Assembly (NCBI GenBank): GCA_964016885.1
Contig: OZ024743.1
Span: 23,188,001 to 23,252,000 of the forward strand
From: Eledone cirrhosa
Lineage: Eukaryota
Direction of reading: 5' to 3'
DNA: 64,000 nt
Each line of letters begins with the position of its first letter. Position 1 is the stretch's first letter. The notes under the pieces are model-generated. The model saw only the letters and a list, made by a program, of their open reading frames with translations, had not been told where the DNA came from and made no database searches. The position numbers were made by a program, and so were the translations under genes. Positions 63,462-64,000 of the stretch are shown here, in pieces.

Positions 63462-64000
63462 ACACACAGACACACATGAGCACACACACAAGCACACAAA
63501 CGTGCACATACATGCATACCCACAAATATAAAGGCTATCATAGAAACATACTTCATTCACTCTATGACATTATATGTAAGTCACACATATACAAAGGTTG
63601 TTATTTCATAGAAACATTCTTCACACACTCTTTGACATTGTGTATAAGTCAGAACGTTCTCTTACTATACCTATCAGTGACTAACTTGTAAATAAATACC
63701 TCTTTTTACAAACATACAGAAATAGACTAATACCTAATATTACACACACTGACCTAAGCTGCTAACTTTCACAAGCTATACAGTTAAACAAAAATCCTAA
63801 CTTATCAACCAATATAAATATGCTACAATTACATCTTATATATATATACATATACATATATAAAACCTTACCTGTTTTCAGAGATTATAATAAATAATTG
63901 TTTGTACCATCTATGTGTTTTATTATTTCAATCTTTATGCAAACATGACAGACGTGTTCGGCAACATCTTAGTGGATATCTATGCCAACTGGGCAGTGGC

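Overview
AT-rich, repeat-dense eukaryotic DNA with no recognisable host protein-coding exon; it is probably intronic or intergenic. The SINE, RTE and microsatellite landscape looks like an octopus or other coleoid cephalopod genome (inference). Most predicted ORFs are microsatellite or antisense artefacts. Supportable content includes a decayed DD37D (maT-type) Tc1/mariner transposon and a rearranged mariner, and one young 5'-truncated RTE LINE with an uninterrupted ~893-codon EN-RT frame carrying a PHD-like zinc finger. There are also old RTE, Tx1, R4/Dong-like and CRE-like fragments, at least three SINE families, and piggyBac-, hAT- and Tc1-type MITEs. The main finding is a dense population of Penelope-like (PLE) and non-coding elements inserted in (TA)n tracts that carry type I hammerhead ribozymes with mostly palindromic stem-III loops: about 9 full-length candidates (7 with intact catalytic core motifs) plus remnants. 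They include a ~471-nt ORF-less unit in circularly permuted, tandem and inverted arrangement (retrozyme-like), a spacerless 1.74-kb palindrome encoding a GIY-YIG domain, and a head-to-head fusion of two PLE families. Several unrelated hammerheads share a U.U pair at the base of stem II, often with a very long stem II. All RNA folds were read by eye and none is tested for activity. Boundaries of old repeats are approximate.
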